Translations under genes and position numbers: made by a program
Shown here: positions 17,019 to 26,731 of the stretch, piece by piece
Layout: each line of letters begins with the position of its first letter
Numbering within the stretch: position 1 is the first letter of the stretch
NCBI GenBank assembly: GCA_028283955.1
Contig: JANQSP010000076.1
Coordinates: 4,064-68,063 of the forward strand
Source of the DNA: Bdellovibrionales bacterium
Lineage (GTDB): Bacteria; Bdellovibrionota; Bdellovibrionia; Bdellovibrionales; UBA1609
DNA length: 64,000 bases
Reading direction: 5' to 3'
The notes under the pieces: generated by a model
The model's database searches: none
The model's input: the letters and a program-made list of their open reading frames with translations, nothing else
What the model was told of the DNA's origin: nothing

Positions 17019-18608
17019 CTAAGGATGAGCTTGTTTTTGATGGTTTATATTTACACTTTTAGTGACTTGCCTTACAACTGTGACTTTTATCAAACCCGGG
17101 TAAGAGCACTCTTCTTCAATTTTACCGGCTATTTTCTTACTTAGTTCCAACGCCTTCTCATCATTTATTTTTTGACTGTTCACGATAACCCTAACTTCCC
17201 TTCCGGCACTCATAATATAGGTTTCCTTCACCCCTTTGAAACTATTTCCAATTTTTTCAAGAGTTAATACTTTTTGGTTATAAGAATCCACAGTAGAACG
17301 ACGAGCCCCCGGTCTGGCACCGGAAAGAGCATCCGCGGCAATAACCAAAAAATCAAGAGGTTGATCCGGTGTCACATCGTAGTGGTGAGCTTTAACAGCG
17401 TGAACAACAGAAACCTGTTCACCATGTTTTTCAATAAAGTCCGCACCGATAACAGCATGCCCTCCTTCTTTTGAGTGATCCATAGCTTTTCCAATATCAT
17501 GAAGCATCCCCGCCCGCCGCGCAGGAAATAAAGACACTCCTAATTCCGCGCCAAGCAACCCACAAAGCCAACCCACCTCCTGACAATGAAAATGCTGATT
17601 TTGCGCAAAAGAGTATCGATACCTTAAAGCCCCCATCATGTTTTTTACTTCTGTTTTAATATCTTTTAAATTAAGCTCACGGCAAATTCTTTGACCATCA
17701 CTTTTAATCCGGCGAAATAATTTCTTTTTTGCTTCTTTAACAATCTTTTTAATCTCATCCTCCCTGACTCTCTTTTTTGTAGATATCTTTTGCAAGGAAG
17801 CACGTCCCAACTCCCTCCTTACCGGATCAATACCTAAAATATTAATAGCCGGTTCTTTGTCGCTCACCTTCATATCCACACCGCATTCTTTCTCCAAAAG
17901 TTTCATGTTAAAAAAATCCGGCCCCAATAGACTCTCCATTGCACCTTGACTGTTAAAACTAACACTTTTTATTCCTCGTTCAGAACAATAAGGATGTTGA
18001 AAACGACTCAGCACCAATTCCAAAATAAAATGAGCCTTCTGATTTATATCATGTTTAAGATCTTCTTCTTTCTCTTTTACCTGATGCAGAATTTGTGTTT
18101 TAGCAAAATCGACCCACTGTTTTTGTGTTTCCGATTTTAATTCTCCCGTATCAATGTTAAACCTATTTTTCAAAGCATGAACAATGTCTTTTCGTGTTTC
18201 TTTTAATTTGTCCTTTATGTTTTTGAGATCACCTTCCATCTTAATATTTTTTTTCGATACTGCATTCGCTTCCACTGAACGGATCTTTTTATCTTTCTCA
18301 AGCTGATTAAGCTCCTCTTCCTTTTGCTGAGTCATTTGCTCTATTTCAGACTGTAAGCGACGGTGCGCCAAGGACAGCTTCTCCAGCTCTTCATCCTGTT
18401 TTTGAATAAGAGCCCGTCTGTATTCTTCCACCTTATTTAAGATTCGCTCTGTTGTTTGCTCTTCATTGTCTCTGACTTTTTGTACTATTTGTTCAGCTTC
18501 TTGCTTTGTATGATTGATTTTTTGTCTTCTAAGAAAAGAATAAATAAGGAAAGAGATACTGGAACCAACCCCAAAACCAACACTCATCCCAACTAAAATA
18601 TTAAACAT
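17019..18608 (-). CDS. rny: Ribonuclease Y
   Basis: N-terminal TM MFNILVGMSVGFGVG, long coiled coil, KH region, HD domain GMLHDIGKA. I prefer ATG 18608 (GAGG SD 6 nt upstream) over the track's TTG at 18671. Confidence 0.9.
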   Translation of the reverse strand: MFNILVGMSVGFGVGSSISFLIYSFLRRQKINHTKQEAEQIVQKVRDNEEQTTERILNKVEEYRRALIQKQDEELEKLSLAHRRLQSEIEQMTQQKEEELNQLEKDKKIRSVEANAVSKKNIKMEGDLKNIKDKLKETRKDIVHALKNRFNIDTGELKSETQKQWVDFAKTQILHQVKEKEEDLKHDINQKAHFILELVLSRFQHPYCSERGIKSVSFNSQGAMESLLGPDFFNMKLLEKECGVDMKVSDKEPAINILGIDPVRRELGRASLQKISTKKRVREDEIKKIVKEAKKKLFRRIKSDGQRICRELNLKDIKTEVKNMMGALRYRYSFAQNQHFHCQEVGWLCGLLGAELGVSLFPARRAGMLHDIGKAMDHSKEGGHAVIGADFIEKHGEQVSVVHAVKAHHYDVTPDQPLDFLVIAADALSGARPGARRSTVDSYNQKVLTLEKIGNSFKGVKETYIMSAGREVRVIVNSQKINDEKALELSKKIAGKIEEECSYPGLIKVTVVRQVTKSVNINHQKQAHP

Positions 18609-18689
18609 TGATTGCCTCGATACAATTTTATCTATTAAATTATAGTTAACATAAACCGGCAAATTACACAAAAATTAAGCATTGAAAAT

Positions 18690-19691
18690 TTATAAAGAGT
18701 CTATTCCGATGGTTTTTCGTATTTGACTCATAAGGGTTTGTGCTTTTTCACGTGCTTTTTTTGCCCCTTCTTTTAAAATAGAATTTACAGTATTAGGATT
18801 GTTCATCAAAGATTCATAGACTTTTCTTTTCTCTGACAGATGCTCCTCAAGTAATAAATACAGAAATTCTTTTACTTCTCCCCAACCAATTCCCCTACGG
18901 TATTTATCCGCTAACGCTTTTGTCTGCTCTGTTGATCCGAAGGCCTTGTAAATAGAAAACAAAATAGATTTCTCGGGATCTTTGGGCTCACTGGGAGAAG
19001 AGGAATCTGTTTTAATCTTCATGATGATTTTTTTTAATTCTTTTGAAGAACAAAAAAGAGGAATATGGTTTCCTTTACTCTTGCTCATTTTTTCCCCGTC
19101 CAAACCCGGGAGTAATTTTGTTTTTACCAAAGTTTTAGGAGGCTTTAATATATCAGTATTAAACGTATGATTGAATTTAACAGCAATATCCCTTGTGATT
19201 TCCAAATGCTGTTCCTGATCTTCACTAACCGGCACTTCATCTGTGGAAAACAGCAAAATATCAGCCGACATCAATACAGGATAATTATAGATTCCCATAT
19301 TGATACCACTCTCCGTGTTTCTCCGACCGGCTTCCCGGTTTGCCTGAATTAAAGCTTTATAGGAGTGCCCTCTGTTCATTAAACCTTTAGGGGTCATGCA
19401 GGATAGAATCCAGTTCAATTCAAACAACTCAGGAATATCAGACTGGCGATACATAATAGTTTTTTTAGGATCCAGGCCACAAGCCAACCAGGCCGCAGAC
19501 ACTTGATGAATCATCCGGCTTAAAGCTTCAGCATCATGAACAGTGGTCAGCGAGTGATAATCAGCAACAAATAAATAGCTGGTAACAGAGGAATCTTTCG
19601 TTAATTCAAGAGCCGGCTGAATAGCCCCGATATAGTTACCCAAATGAGGCATTCCGGTCGGTTTAATTCCTGTTAATATAATTCTGGACAT
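18690..19691 (-). CDS. trpS: Tryptophan--tRNA ligase
   Basis: GIKPTGMPHLGNYIG (HIGH-type) and KMSKS motif. Confidence 0.95.
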   Translation of the reverse strand: MSRIILTGIKPTGMPHLGNYIGAIQPALELTKDSSVTSYLFVADYHSLTTVHDAEALSRMIHQVSAAWLACGLDPKKTIMYRQSDIPELFELNWILSCMTPKGLMNRGHSYKALIQANREAGRRNTESGINMGIYNYPVLMSADILLFSTDEVPVSEDQEQHLEITRDIAVKFNHTFNTDILKPPKTLVKTKLLPGLDGEKMSKSKGNHIPLFCSSKELKKIIMKIKTDSSSPSEPKDPEKSILFSIYKAFGSTEQTKALADKYRRGIGWGEVKEFLYLLLEEHLSEKRKVYESLMNNPNTVNSILKEGAKKAREKAQTLMSQIRKTIGIDSL

Positions 19692-19749
19692 TTTTTACCT
19701 ATCCTTGATAACACCAATTATAATAATTAATTCCAGAGTTTTTATACAT

Positions 19750-20487
19750 ATGAAAATAATACTATTCACCCTAACTTATATCAGAGCAGTTTTCCACTGG
19801 TTTTGGATGGTTATTTTTACTATTTTTTCGATATTCATCATCCTGCTTCTTGAACTAATGAACAATAAAAAAAAGAGCTATCAGGCCATGCGCTTTTGGG
19901 CTTTTGGACTTCTTTGGTTCGCAGGAATAACAGTAAAAAGTAAAAATAGACACAATATACCGGAAAAGCCCTTCCTCATTATGTTTAATCACCGTAGCTA
20001 CGTGGATATCTTAGCCCTGTTTCAATCCACACCCGAACGTATCCACTTCGGCGCAAAAAAAATACTGTTCTCCATCCCTCTTTTAGGTTTCGCAATGAAG
20101 GTAGCAGGACACATATCCATCAATAGAGAAAACCCCAAGGACGTGTACCGTCTATACAACTCTTTACAAAAAAGAATTGAAAAGGGGGATTGCTTCGTTT
20201 TATCTCCGGAAGGGGGTAGACATACCGGTTCCGGATTAGCCCGCTTTAAAAAAGGGCCCTTCATATTCGCTCTTAACTATCAAATAAAAATCCTGCCTGT
20301 CTTTATTCACAAGGCGGAAGAATGCATGCCTAAAGGAACCTGGTTTTTCAATATAGGAGCCTTGAAGAGAACAGTTATTGTGGAATACCTGCCAACAGTA
20401 GATACAAAGGGAATGGACCAAAATAATATAAAAAAGCTACAGGATCAGGTGTACGAAAATATGGTAAACCACCAAATTATTGAGTGA
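19750..20487 (+). CDS. plsC: 1-acyl-sn-glycerol-3-phosphate acyltransferase
   Basis: NHRSYVDI (HX4D) and SPEGGR motifs. ATG at 19750 preferred over the upstream TTG at 19705. Confidence 0.8.
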   Translation: MKIILFTLTYIRAVFHWFWMVIFTIFSIFIILLLELMNNKKKSYQAMRFWAFGLLWFAGITVKSKNRHNIPEKPFLIMFNHRSYVDILALFQSTPERIHFGAKKILFSIPLLGFAMKVAGHISINRENPKDVYRLYNSLQKRIEKGDCFVLSPEGGRHTGSGLARFKKGPFIFALNYQIKILPVFIHKAEECMPKGTWFFNIGALKRTVIVEYLPTVDTKGMDQNNIKKLQDQVYENMVNHQIIE

Positions 20488-21460
20488 CCTCTTTTACTAT
20501 CGCATCAGCAACAGCTGAGTAATCCGACGAACAAATACTAAAATTATCCCCTCCAATGTTTTTCACTCCCACCACATCACAAATTTGCCTACCCTCTTCT
20601 TCCTGTTCGTGTTCTCTCGTACATTCCCTATCATCCGGTAACACAATCAAATTAAACACCATAAGTCGTTTTTGGGAACCATAGACTTTCTTAAACTCAT
20701 TAGCAATCGTTTCCCCTGTAACAGGCACCAAACCTTTTAATGGCTGCTCATCCGTATCAGTAATAATGACAGCAACGAAATCCGCCTTTTTTCTGGTAAG
20801 ATGTTTATTAGCTGAAAAAGAAGACTGAAGAGCCCGTAAAGGAGTTTCCGCGCCCGACTGACAATAAGGGGGATAAGAACAGTGGTTTCCAGATTGTCCA
20901 TGGTCATCCATACGTTCAGGATCTCTGGTAATAGTGTATCGAAACACCTCCCCATAATAAGGCACAGTATTATCCAAATAGTATCTGTCCAGAATACTTA
21001 TTTCACTTTCCAGTTTCATTGCCTCACCGTTCATAGCTCCACTAAAAAAAGCATTGAAGCTGCTATCTGAATATTTGGCATTGGTAAAAAACATCCGCCA
21101 ATCCAAATTTTTATTAATAATGGAAACAAAACTGCTAAACCGTTTTTCAAATGCGCTATTCAAGTAAAAATACATGGAGTTGGATGTATCAATAACAAAT
21201 AGAATATCCACCGGTTTTTTAGGTGGACCCGGCTTTGGGGAGAAATCAGGGCACTCACCATATGAATGAATTGTGTATGATTCCCCTTCACAAACATTCT
21301 TTACCTGACCACTTGCTCCCGATGGATCACTACTATCTCCAAACCTTCTGTCACGCCTGGTACTTCCACGATTTGGATCATCCGTATCTTCAGGAGAAGT
21401 GTCTGAACAGCTAAACATAAAAAAGAAAACATAAACACTTAAAAAAAGAACCTTCTTCAT
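20477..21460 (-). CDS. vWA-domain lipoprotein (paralog A)
   Basis: Lipobox FMFSCSD. MIDAS-type VDILFVIDTSNSM. About 70% identical by eye to the neighbouring gene. Confidence 0.75.
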   Translation of the reverse strand: MKKVLFLSVYVFFFMFSCSDTSPEDTDDPNRGSTRRDRRFGDSSDPSGASGQVKNVCEGESYTIHSYGECPDFSPKPGPPKKPVDILFVIDTSNSMYFYLNSAFEKRFSSFVSIINKNLDWRMFFTNAKYSDSSFNAFFSGAMNGEAMKLESEISILDRYYLDNTVPYYGEVFRYTITRDPERMDDHGQSGNHCSYPPYCQSGAETPLRALQSSFSANKHLTRKKADFVAVIITDTDEQPLKGLVPVTGETIANEFKKVYGSQKRLMVFNLIVLPDDRECTREHEQEEEGRQICDVVGVKNIGGDNFSICSSDYSAVADAIVKEVTQ

Positions 21461-21542
21461 AAAAGAATACCTAAATACTCAAATCATTAAATGACAGTTA
21501 AAATACAAATTTCCTAAAATTTAAGCTTCACCAATAAAGCCT

Positions 21543-22547
21543 TTACTGAGCCGCCAGATGAACGATAGTTTTGGCAACAACCGAGTAATCTTTTAAACAG
21601 ATACTGAAATTACCCCCACCGGTTTTTTTCGATAAATCGGCAATCCGTTCCCCCATTCCTGATTCTTCAAAGATAACCTGCTGCTTATTATTTTCCTGTA
21701 AACATTTTTTATCACCTGGTAATATAATGAGATTCAACACTATCAATCTTTTATTGGAACCATAGACTTTTTCAAATTCATTAATAATTGCTTTTGTTTC
21801 CAAAGGAGGGAAACCCTTGTTTGGATCTTCATCCGTGTTGCTGATAACAACAGCAACGAAATCCGCCTCTTTCCGTGTCAGATGTTTGTTAGCTGAAAAA
21901 GAGGATTTAAGAGCCCGCAAAGGAGTTTCTGAACCCGCTTGACAATGAGGGGGATAGGAACATTCATTGTCAACTTGGCCGTGATCACCCATACGTTCCG
22001 GATCTCTGGTAATAGTATAGCGAAACACATCCCCATAATGACGAACGGTATTATCCAGGTAAGATCTGTCCAAAATATCCATTTCGCCTTCCAACTCCAT
22101 TGCTTTACCGTTCATAGCACTGGTAAAAAAAGAATAAAAATTGCTCTTTGAATACTTGGCATTGGTAAAAAAGATCCGCCAATTTAAATTTCTATTAATA
22201 ATGGAAATGAAATTTTTAAACCTTCTCTCGAAAGCGTGATTCAAATAAAAATACATGGAGTTGGATGTATCAATAACAAATAAAATATCCACAGGGTTTT
22301 TAACTTTAGGAGACGCAGGGGAACCAGATCCTGTTCCCTCATCTTCAGGGCACTCACCTGGCGAGTAAATAGTGTAGGAGTTTCCCTCACACACATTTTC
22401 CACCCGATTGTTTCGTTCCGACCCGTCTCTATCTCCGGATCTTCCACCACGTCGTGTGTCTCCACCCGGCTCATCCTCAACAGACAGATCTGAACAACTA
22501 AACATAAAAAAGAAAACACAGACACCTAAAAACAGAATTTTCTTCAT
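21543..22547 (-). CDS. vWA-domain lipoprotein (paralog B)
   Basis: MKKILFLGVCVFFFMFSCSD, VDILFVIDTSNSM. ATG 22547 with GAGGGA SD preferred over TTG 22559. Confidence 0.75.
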   Translation of the reverse strand: MKKILFLGVCVFFFMFSCSDLSVEDEPGGDTRRGGRSGDRDGSERNNRVENVCEGNSYTIYSPGECPEDEGTGSGSPASPKVKNPVDILFVIDTSNSMYFYLNHAFERRFKNFISIINRNLNWRIFFTNAKYSKSNFYSFFTSAMNGKAMELEGEMDILDRSYLDNTVRHYGDVFRYTITRDPERMGDHGQVDNECSYPPHCQAGSETPLRALKSSFSANKHLTRKEADFVAVVISNTDEDPNKGFPPLETKAIINEFEKVYGSNKRLIVLNLIILPGDKKCLQENNKQQVIFEESGMGERIADLSKKTGGGNFSICLKDYSVVAKTIVHLAAQ

Positions 22548-22646
22548 ACGATCCCTCAATATGCGGATCGGCTATTTCGAAAAATTTAATTAATAATTAA
22601 AGAAAAATCAGGATATATATTAAGTCGTGATGACAAGACGCTTGTC

Positions 22647-23933
22647 TTAATCGCCTTTTCTTATATAATCTCTACGAAGACGGGAGGTATTTATATAAGT
22701 CCTAAGAGCTTGAGGGACGTAAACAGACCCATCCTCCCTCTGATGGTTTTCCAAAAATACTGCCAAAAGACGAGGCAAAGCAATAGCTGTATTATTCAAA
22801 GTATAACAATAATGAACTTGACGATTCTTATCACGATACCTGAGGTCTGTTCTGCGAGCCTGCCAATCCAAAAGAGATGAGCAACTATGTGTTTCAACAT
22901 ATTTACCTAAAGAAGGTAACCAACACTCAATATCATGCATTTTATATTTTCCAGCCCCCATATCTCCTGTTGATACCATGACCACCTGGTAGGGTAATTC
23001 CAAAGCCTGCAAAATTTCCTCTGCATTTTGTAATAAAAAAGCATGCCAATGGTCTGCCTGTTCCTTGGTATTTTCACAAATTACATACTGCTCCAGCTTC
23101 ACAAACTGATGCACACGAAGAAGTCCCTTTACATCCCTTCCGGCACTACCGGCTTCCCTTCTAAAACAAGGGCTTAACCCGGCCATTAATAAAGGCAGGT
23201 TTTCCACTGATAAAATCTCACCTCTATACAGGTTATTCAATATTACTTCAGATGTACCGGTAAGATAAATTTTATCTTTCTCAATGAAATAAACCTGTTC
23301 CTTACCTTCCGGAAAATGTCCACTGCCAACAAAAGACAAATGATCCCCAAAATTCGGAAGACTGAAAATCTCAAACTTTTTACTTATAATATACTGAATA
23401 CTCCACTGAATAAGAGCCTGTTCCAACAAAACAGCCTCATTCTTTAAACAATAGCTGCGTGAACCGGACACTTGAGCTATCCTTTGAAAATCCACCCAAT
23501 TATTTTGAATTAATAAATCCAGATGACTTTTCAAATGATTACCTTTTGGCCTTTTCCCCACAGTCTTGACCACTTTGTTTGAATCACTATCTTTTCCAAC
23601 TGGAGAATCTTCAGAAGGAATATTAGGTACCTGTAACATCAGAGAGTGAAAACGAGCCTGTGCCTTACTCACTTCAGATTGCAGCTCATTGATCTGACGG
23701 GCGATATCTCTACCCGATTGAACTATCTTTTCCTTATCTGTATCAGATCTTACGCTTTTAAACTTCTGTGCATTTTCATTCTTCTGTCTTTGCAGTTCCT
23801 GTAATACCTGATTTTTTTCTACAAGATCCTTATCGATTTGAAGTAGCTCATCAAGATCCAAATCAATATTTTTTACCTGAATAGCTTTCTTAATCACTTC
23901 AGGATAACGACGAATATATTTTATATCCAACAT
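22647..23933 (-). CDS. serS: Serine--tRNA ligase
   Basis: MLDIKYIRRYPE N-terminus (canonical SerS start), coiled-coil arm, class II motifs (FRREAGSAGRD, GLLRVHQF). Alternative upstream starts at 23954 and 23969. Confidence 0.9.
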   Translation of the reverse strand: MLDIKYIRRYPEVIKKAIQVKNIDLDLDELLQIDKDLVEKNQVLQELQRQKNENAQKFKSVRSDTDKEKIVQSGRDIARQINELQSEVSKAQARFHSLMLQVPNIPSEDSPVGKDSDSNKVVKTVGKRPKGNHLKSHLDLLIQNNWVDFQRIAQVSGSRSYCLKNEAVLLEQALIQWSIQYIISKKFEIFSLPNFGDHLSFVGSGHFPEGKEQVYFIEKDKIYLTGTSEVILNNLYRGEILSVENLPLLMAGLSPCFRREAGSAGRDVKGLLRVHQFVKLEQYVICENTKEQADHWHAFLLQNAEEILQALELPYQVVMVSTGDMGAGKYKMHDIECWLPSLGKYVETHSCSSLLDWQARRTDLRYRDKNRQVHYCYTLNNTAIALPRLLAVFLENHQREDGSVYVPQALRTYINTSRLRRDYIRKGD

Positions 23934-23984
23934 ATCCTCATAGTTAAAAGGCATGGAAGAGCCGGTCAAGATAAATCATTACTT

Positions 23985-24020
23985 CCTGCCTCATTCTACC
24001 TGTGCAAGAATGACGGCAGG
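23985..24020. repeat. REP-like imperfect palindrome of the ATTC..-N8-..GAATGACGG family
   Basis: CCTGCCTCATTCT-ACCTGTGCA-AGAATGACGGCAGG. The core ATTCTACCTGTGCAAGAATGACGG resembles the units at 47148, 52547 and 56899. Confidence 0.55.
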
Positions 24021-24250
24021 AGTTAGAATACATTCTTTCAAGGCAAAGCAGGTCAAAACGAGTTCGGCTTTGACACATGAGCGGCTAGTCCGCTCTGTGG
24101 CAAAACGCATGTCTGAGCTTTTGAGCTGCTTTTGACTTGAGAGAATGTGCCTATCAAATGAAACATTAAAATAAAAAAAGAACTTGCCCCAATCAAAAAA
24201 ATAAAATGAAATGTGGGGCTGAATAACCCTTTACCTGTATAAAAAACAAA

Positions 24251-24865
24251 ATGACAGAAAAACAACCCACAAGTAACACTCCTCATATTATTTTAGCCAG
24301 CGGCTCGCCTTCCAGGAGACAGCAACTGGAAGATCTGGGTTTTACTTTCAAGGTTGAAATTTCCGGAATTGACGAAGATTCCTATAAAACAAATAAAGAT
24401 ATTCCTTTGGCAGAAATATGCCAAAAGCTCGCTCAGGCTAAAGCGGAAAAGGTGGCGGAATCACATCCCGATGCCCTTGTTTTGGGAGGAGACCAAATGG
24501 CTGTTTTAGGTTCCGAGATTTTTAATAAGGCCGCCACTGTTGAACAAGCCATTCAATCTTTAATGAAACTCCAAGGAAAACGTCACACACTTTTCACTGC
24601 CCTTCACATGTGTTACCAAAAAAAAACCTTCAGCTACTTGGAAATCAATAAAATGCACATGAGAAAACTGACAGAAGAGCAAGTCAAAAAGTATGTGGAA
24701 ATAGCCAAACCCTTACACTGTGCCGGCTCTTATGCCTTGGAACGATACGGAGTTGCCCTGTTTGAAAAAATAGAAACCAGGGATCAAAGTGCCGTGATCG
24801 GCTTCCCCCTTATCACCCTCATCAATCAACTGATAAAATGGAATATTCCCTTGCCCTTCCTGTAA
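24251..24865 (+). CDS. maf: Maf-family nucleoside triphosphate pyrophosphatase
   Basis: ILASGSPSRRQQLEDLG, GGDQ, GAYALE-like SYALERYG. Confidence 0.9.
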   Translation: MTEKQPTSNTPHIILASGSPSRRQQLEDLGFTFKVEISGIDEDSYKTNKDIPLAEICQKLAQAKAEKVAESHPDALVLGGDQMAVLGSEIFNKAATVEQAIQSLMKLQGKRHTLFTALHMCYQKKTFSYLEINKMHMRKLTEEQVKKYVEIAKPLHCAGSYALERYGVALFEKIETRDQSAVIGFPLITLINQLIKWNIPLPFL

Positions 24866-24901
24866 CACTTTGTGATCCTTATAAATGGAGATCACGGCAA
24901 T

Positions 24902-26044
24902 ATGTCTCTAAAGAGTAAAACAAAAAGGTGGCTTTCCGCCGGTTTGATAAACCACAGTCAGGCAGAGGCTATTCTCCATTATGAAAAAACCGAAAGATCG
25001 GGTAATATTTGGAGTCTGTCCGGTTTTCTCATAGTAGCGGCTTGCTCTGCCGGCCTGGGCATGATCGCCTTAATAGCCGCTAATTGGAGAGCTATCCCGA
25101 TTTATGCCAAGTTGGCCGGTTACTTTACGCTCCTCATTTCCCTAGGTTATTATTTATCAATAATCAAATTAAAAAACAAATCCCGCTTTTTATCTGAATC
25201 TCTTCTCATTTTCTTTGTAATATTTTGTCTTGCAGGTATTGGCCTTATTTCACAAATTTACAATATCAAAGGAGAGTTCTACGAAACTTTGCTTCTCTGG
25301 TCTTTTATAACATTTCTCTTAACTCTGCTGGCTGATAAAAGACTCATTCTGCATATCTGGTTTAGCGGTTTTTATATAGCTTTCTCATCCTGGACAATGG
25401 ATGTTATAAGTGACACCGAAGTTTCTTTAAAAATCATTTTACTGTTTCCTATTTTCTTTCTTGGTTTAGCTACGATTTTACATAATAAGAAAATAGAAAA
25501 AACTCTCCCTCTTAATTTATTTCTCCCCAAAAGAAAAGCTCTGGCGGAATGGACTGTATTTACCGGATTTATCAGTTTTATTTTCTTTAATGTATTAAGC
25601 CTTGAATCTGATTCCAATAAGGCAGTTGGCGCTTTTGATTTTATTCTTTTAAGCCTTTTGGGAGGCTTTGTTTTTACAGCTATTAAATTCAGCCCGTATA
25701 AAAAAATTCAAAAAAATCTGCTAAACGGCACCTGTTTTTTGTTTTTTCTGTTTTATATTATGGCCTTTTCAACTGAGTTAAACAGCCTGCTTTCCACACT
25801 TATCAGTATTCTTACTTTATCTTTGCCGGCTTTTTTCTTTGCCACTTTTAAAAGGAAGAAGCTATTTGGCTTGTTCATTTTTGCTATAGTCATCCGGCTT
25901 TTGATCTTTTATATAGATATCTATGTCAGCTTAATGATGACCGGGCTTATTCTGATTGCCTTGGCTGGTTTAATTTTTATCATAGTTCAATTAGTGAGAA
26001 AAAATGAAAAACAAATATCGCAATGGTTAACAAAACTGGAGTAA
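24902..26044 (+). CDS. DUF2157-like polytopic membrane protein
   Basis: N-terminal W..AGLI...QAEAIL motif followed by about 10 TM segments. ATG 24902 (GGAGA 10 nt upstream) preferred over GTG 24872. Confidence 0.7.
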   Translation: MSLKSKTKRWLSAGLINHSQAEAILHYEKTERSGNIWSLSGFLIVAACSAGLGMIALIAANWRAIPIYAKLAGYFTLLISLGYYLSIIKLKNKSRFLSESLLIFFVIFCLAGIGLISQIYNIKGEFYETLLLWSFITFLLTLLADKRLILHIWFSGFYIAFSSWTMDVISDTEVSLKIILLFPIFFLGLATILHNKKIEKTLPLNLFLPKRKALAEWTVFTGFISFIFFNVLSLESDSNKAVGAFDFILLSLLGGFVFTAIKFSPYKKIQKNLLNGTCFLFFLFYIMAFSTELNSLLSTLISILTLSLPAFFFATFKRKKLFGLFIFAIVIRLLIFYIDIYVSLMMTGLILIALAGLIFIIVQLVRKNEKQISQWLTKLE

Positions 26045-26046
26045 AA

Positions 26047-26562
26047 ATGCCTCTCTTTCATAAGTTATTTATAATGGCCCTCAGTTTCCCTATCGTATGC
26101 TTAATGGGAATAGTGGGAATAAATGAGTATCAGCTCAGGACAAGCCAAACTCTCACTCTACCTATACAGGGTTATGATCCCAGAGACCTCTTATCCGGTT
26201 ATTATTTAAGATATAAAGTGAAATACGGTATAAAATGTCCTAAAAAGAGTAAATCAAAAACAGAAAGAAGTTCCAAACCAGCCTATATCTGTTTTAAGCC
26301 GGAAAAAAGTATCACCTATAGTCCACCGGAAAACTGCTCTCTTTTTATAAAAGGGAAATGTTATCCTTTTACCAATGAATTTCAATCAAAAAATATCAAC
26401 CGCTACTATATACCGGAAGATAGGGCTAAAGAAATTGAAAAATTGTTCACCTCGGCAAAGAAACAGGAAGTGGTATTGTCTGTCACAAAAAAAGGTCATG
26501 CTTTGGTTAAGGATATTTTAATAAACGGAGAATCTATAAAAAAGTTAATCAATCGCTTATAG
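26047..26562 (+). CDS. GDYXXLXY-domain protein
   Basis: Single N-terminal TM, then GYDPRDLLSGYYLRYKV (DPRDLL.G.Y..L.Y motif). ATG 26047 with GGAG SD, 2 nt after the upstream stop. Confidence 0.7.
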   Translation: MPLFHKLFIMALSFPIVCLMGIVGINEYQLRTSQTLTLPIQGYDPRDLLSGYYLRYKVKYGIKCPKKSKSKTERSSKPAYICFKPEKSITYSPPENCSLFIKGKCYPFTNEFQSKNINRYYIPEDRAKEIEKLFTSAKKQEVVLSVTKKGHALVKDILINGESIKKLINRL

Positions 26563-26731
26563 CCTTTTTTCATAACCAAAAAAGTTAAATAACAAAACCA
26601 TTAATAATAACAATTTCATAAAATTTCCCTTTTGTTAAATTGATGATATAAAAAGCCTGCCCCCGCTCTGTGTCAAATACTATGAACAGCTATTAAATAG
26701 ATTCCATCTTTAATGTATACTCTACAAAAGT

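Noticed and set aside
23953-24286. ORFs 23953-24135 (+) and 24053-24286 (-) in the serS-maf spacer
   Set aside because: They overlap each other and the palindromic/structured repeats. They have no SD and odd composition. The region is better explained as non-coding structured DNA/RNA.
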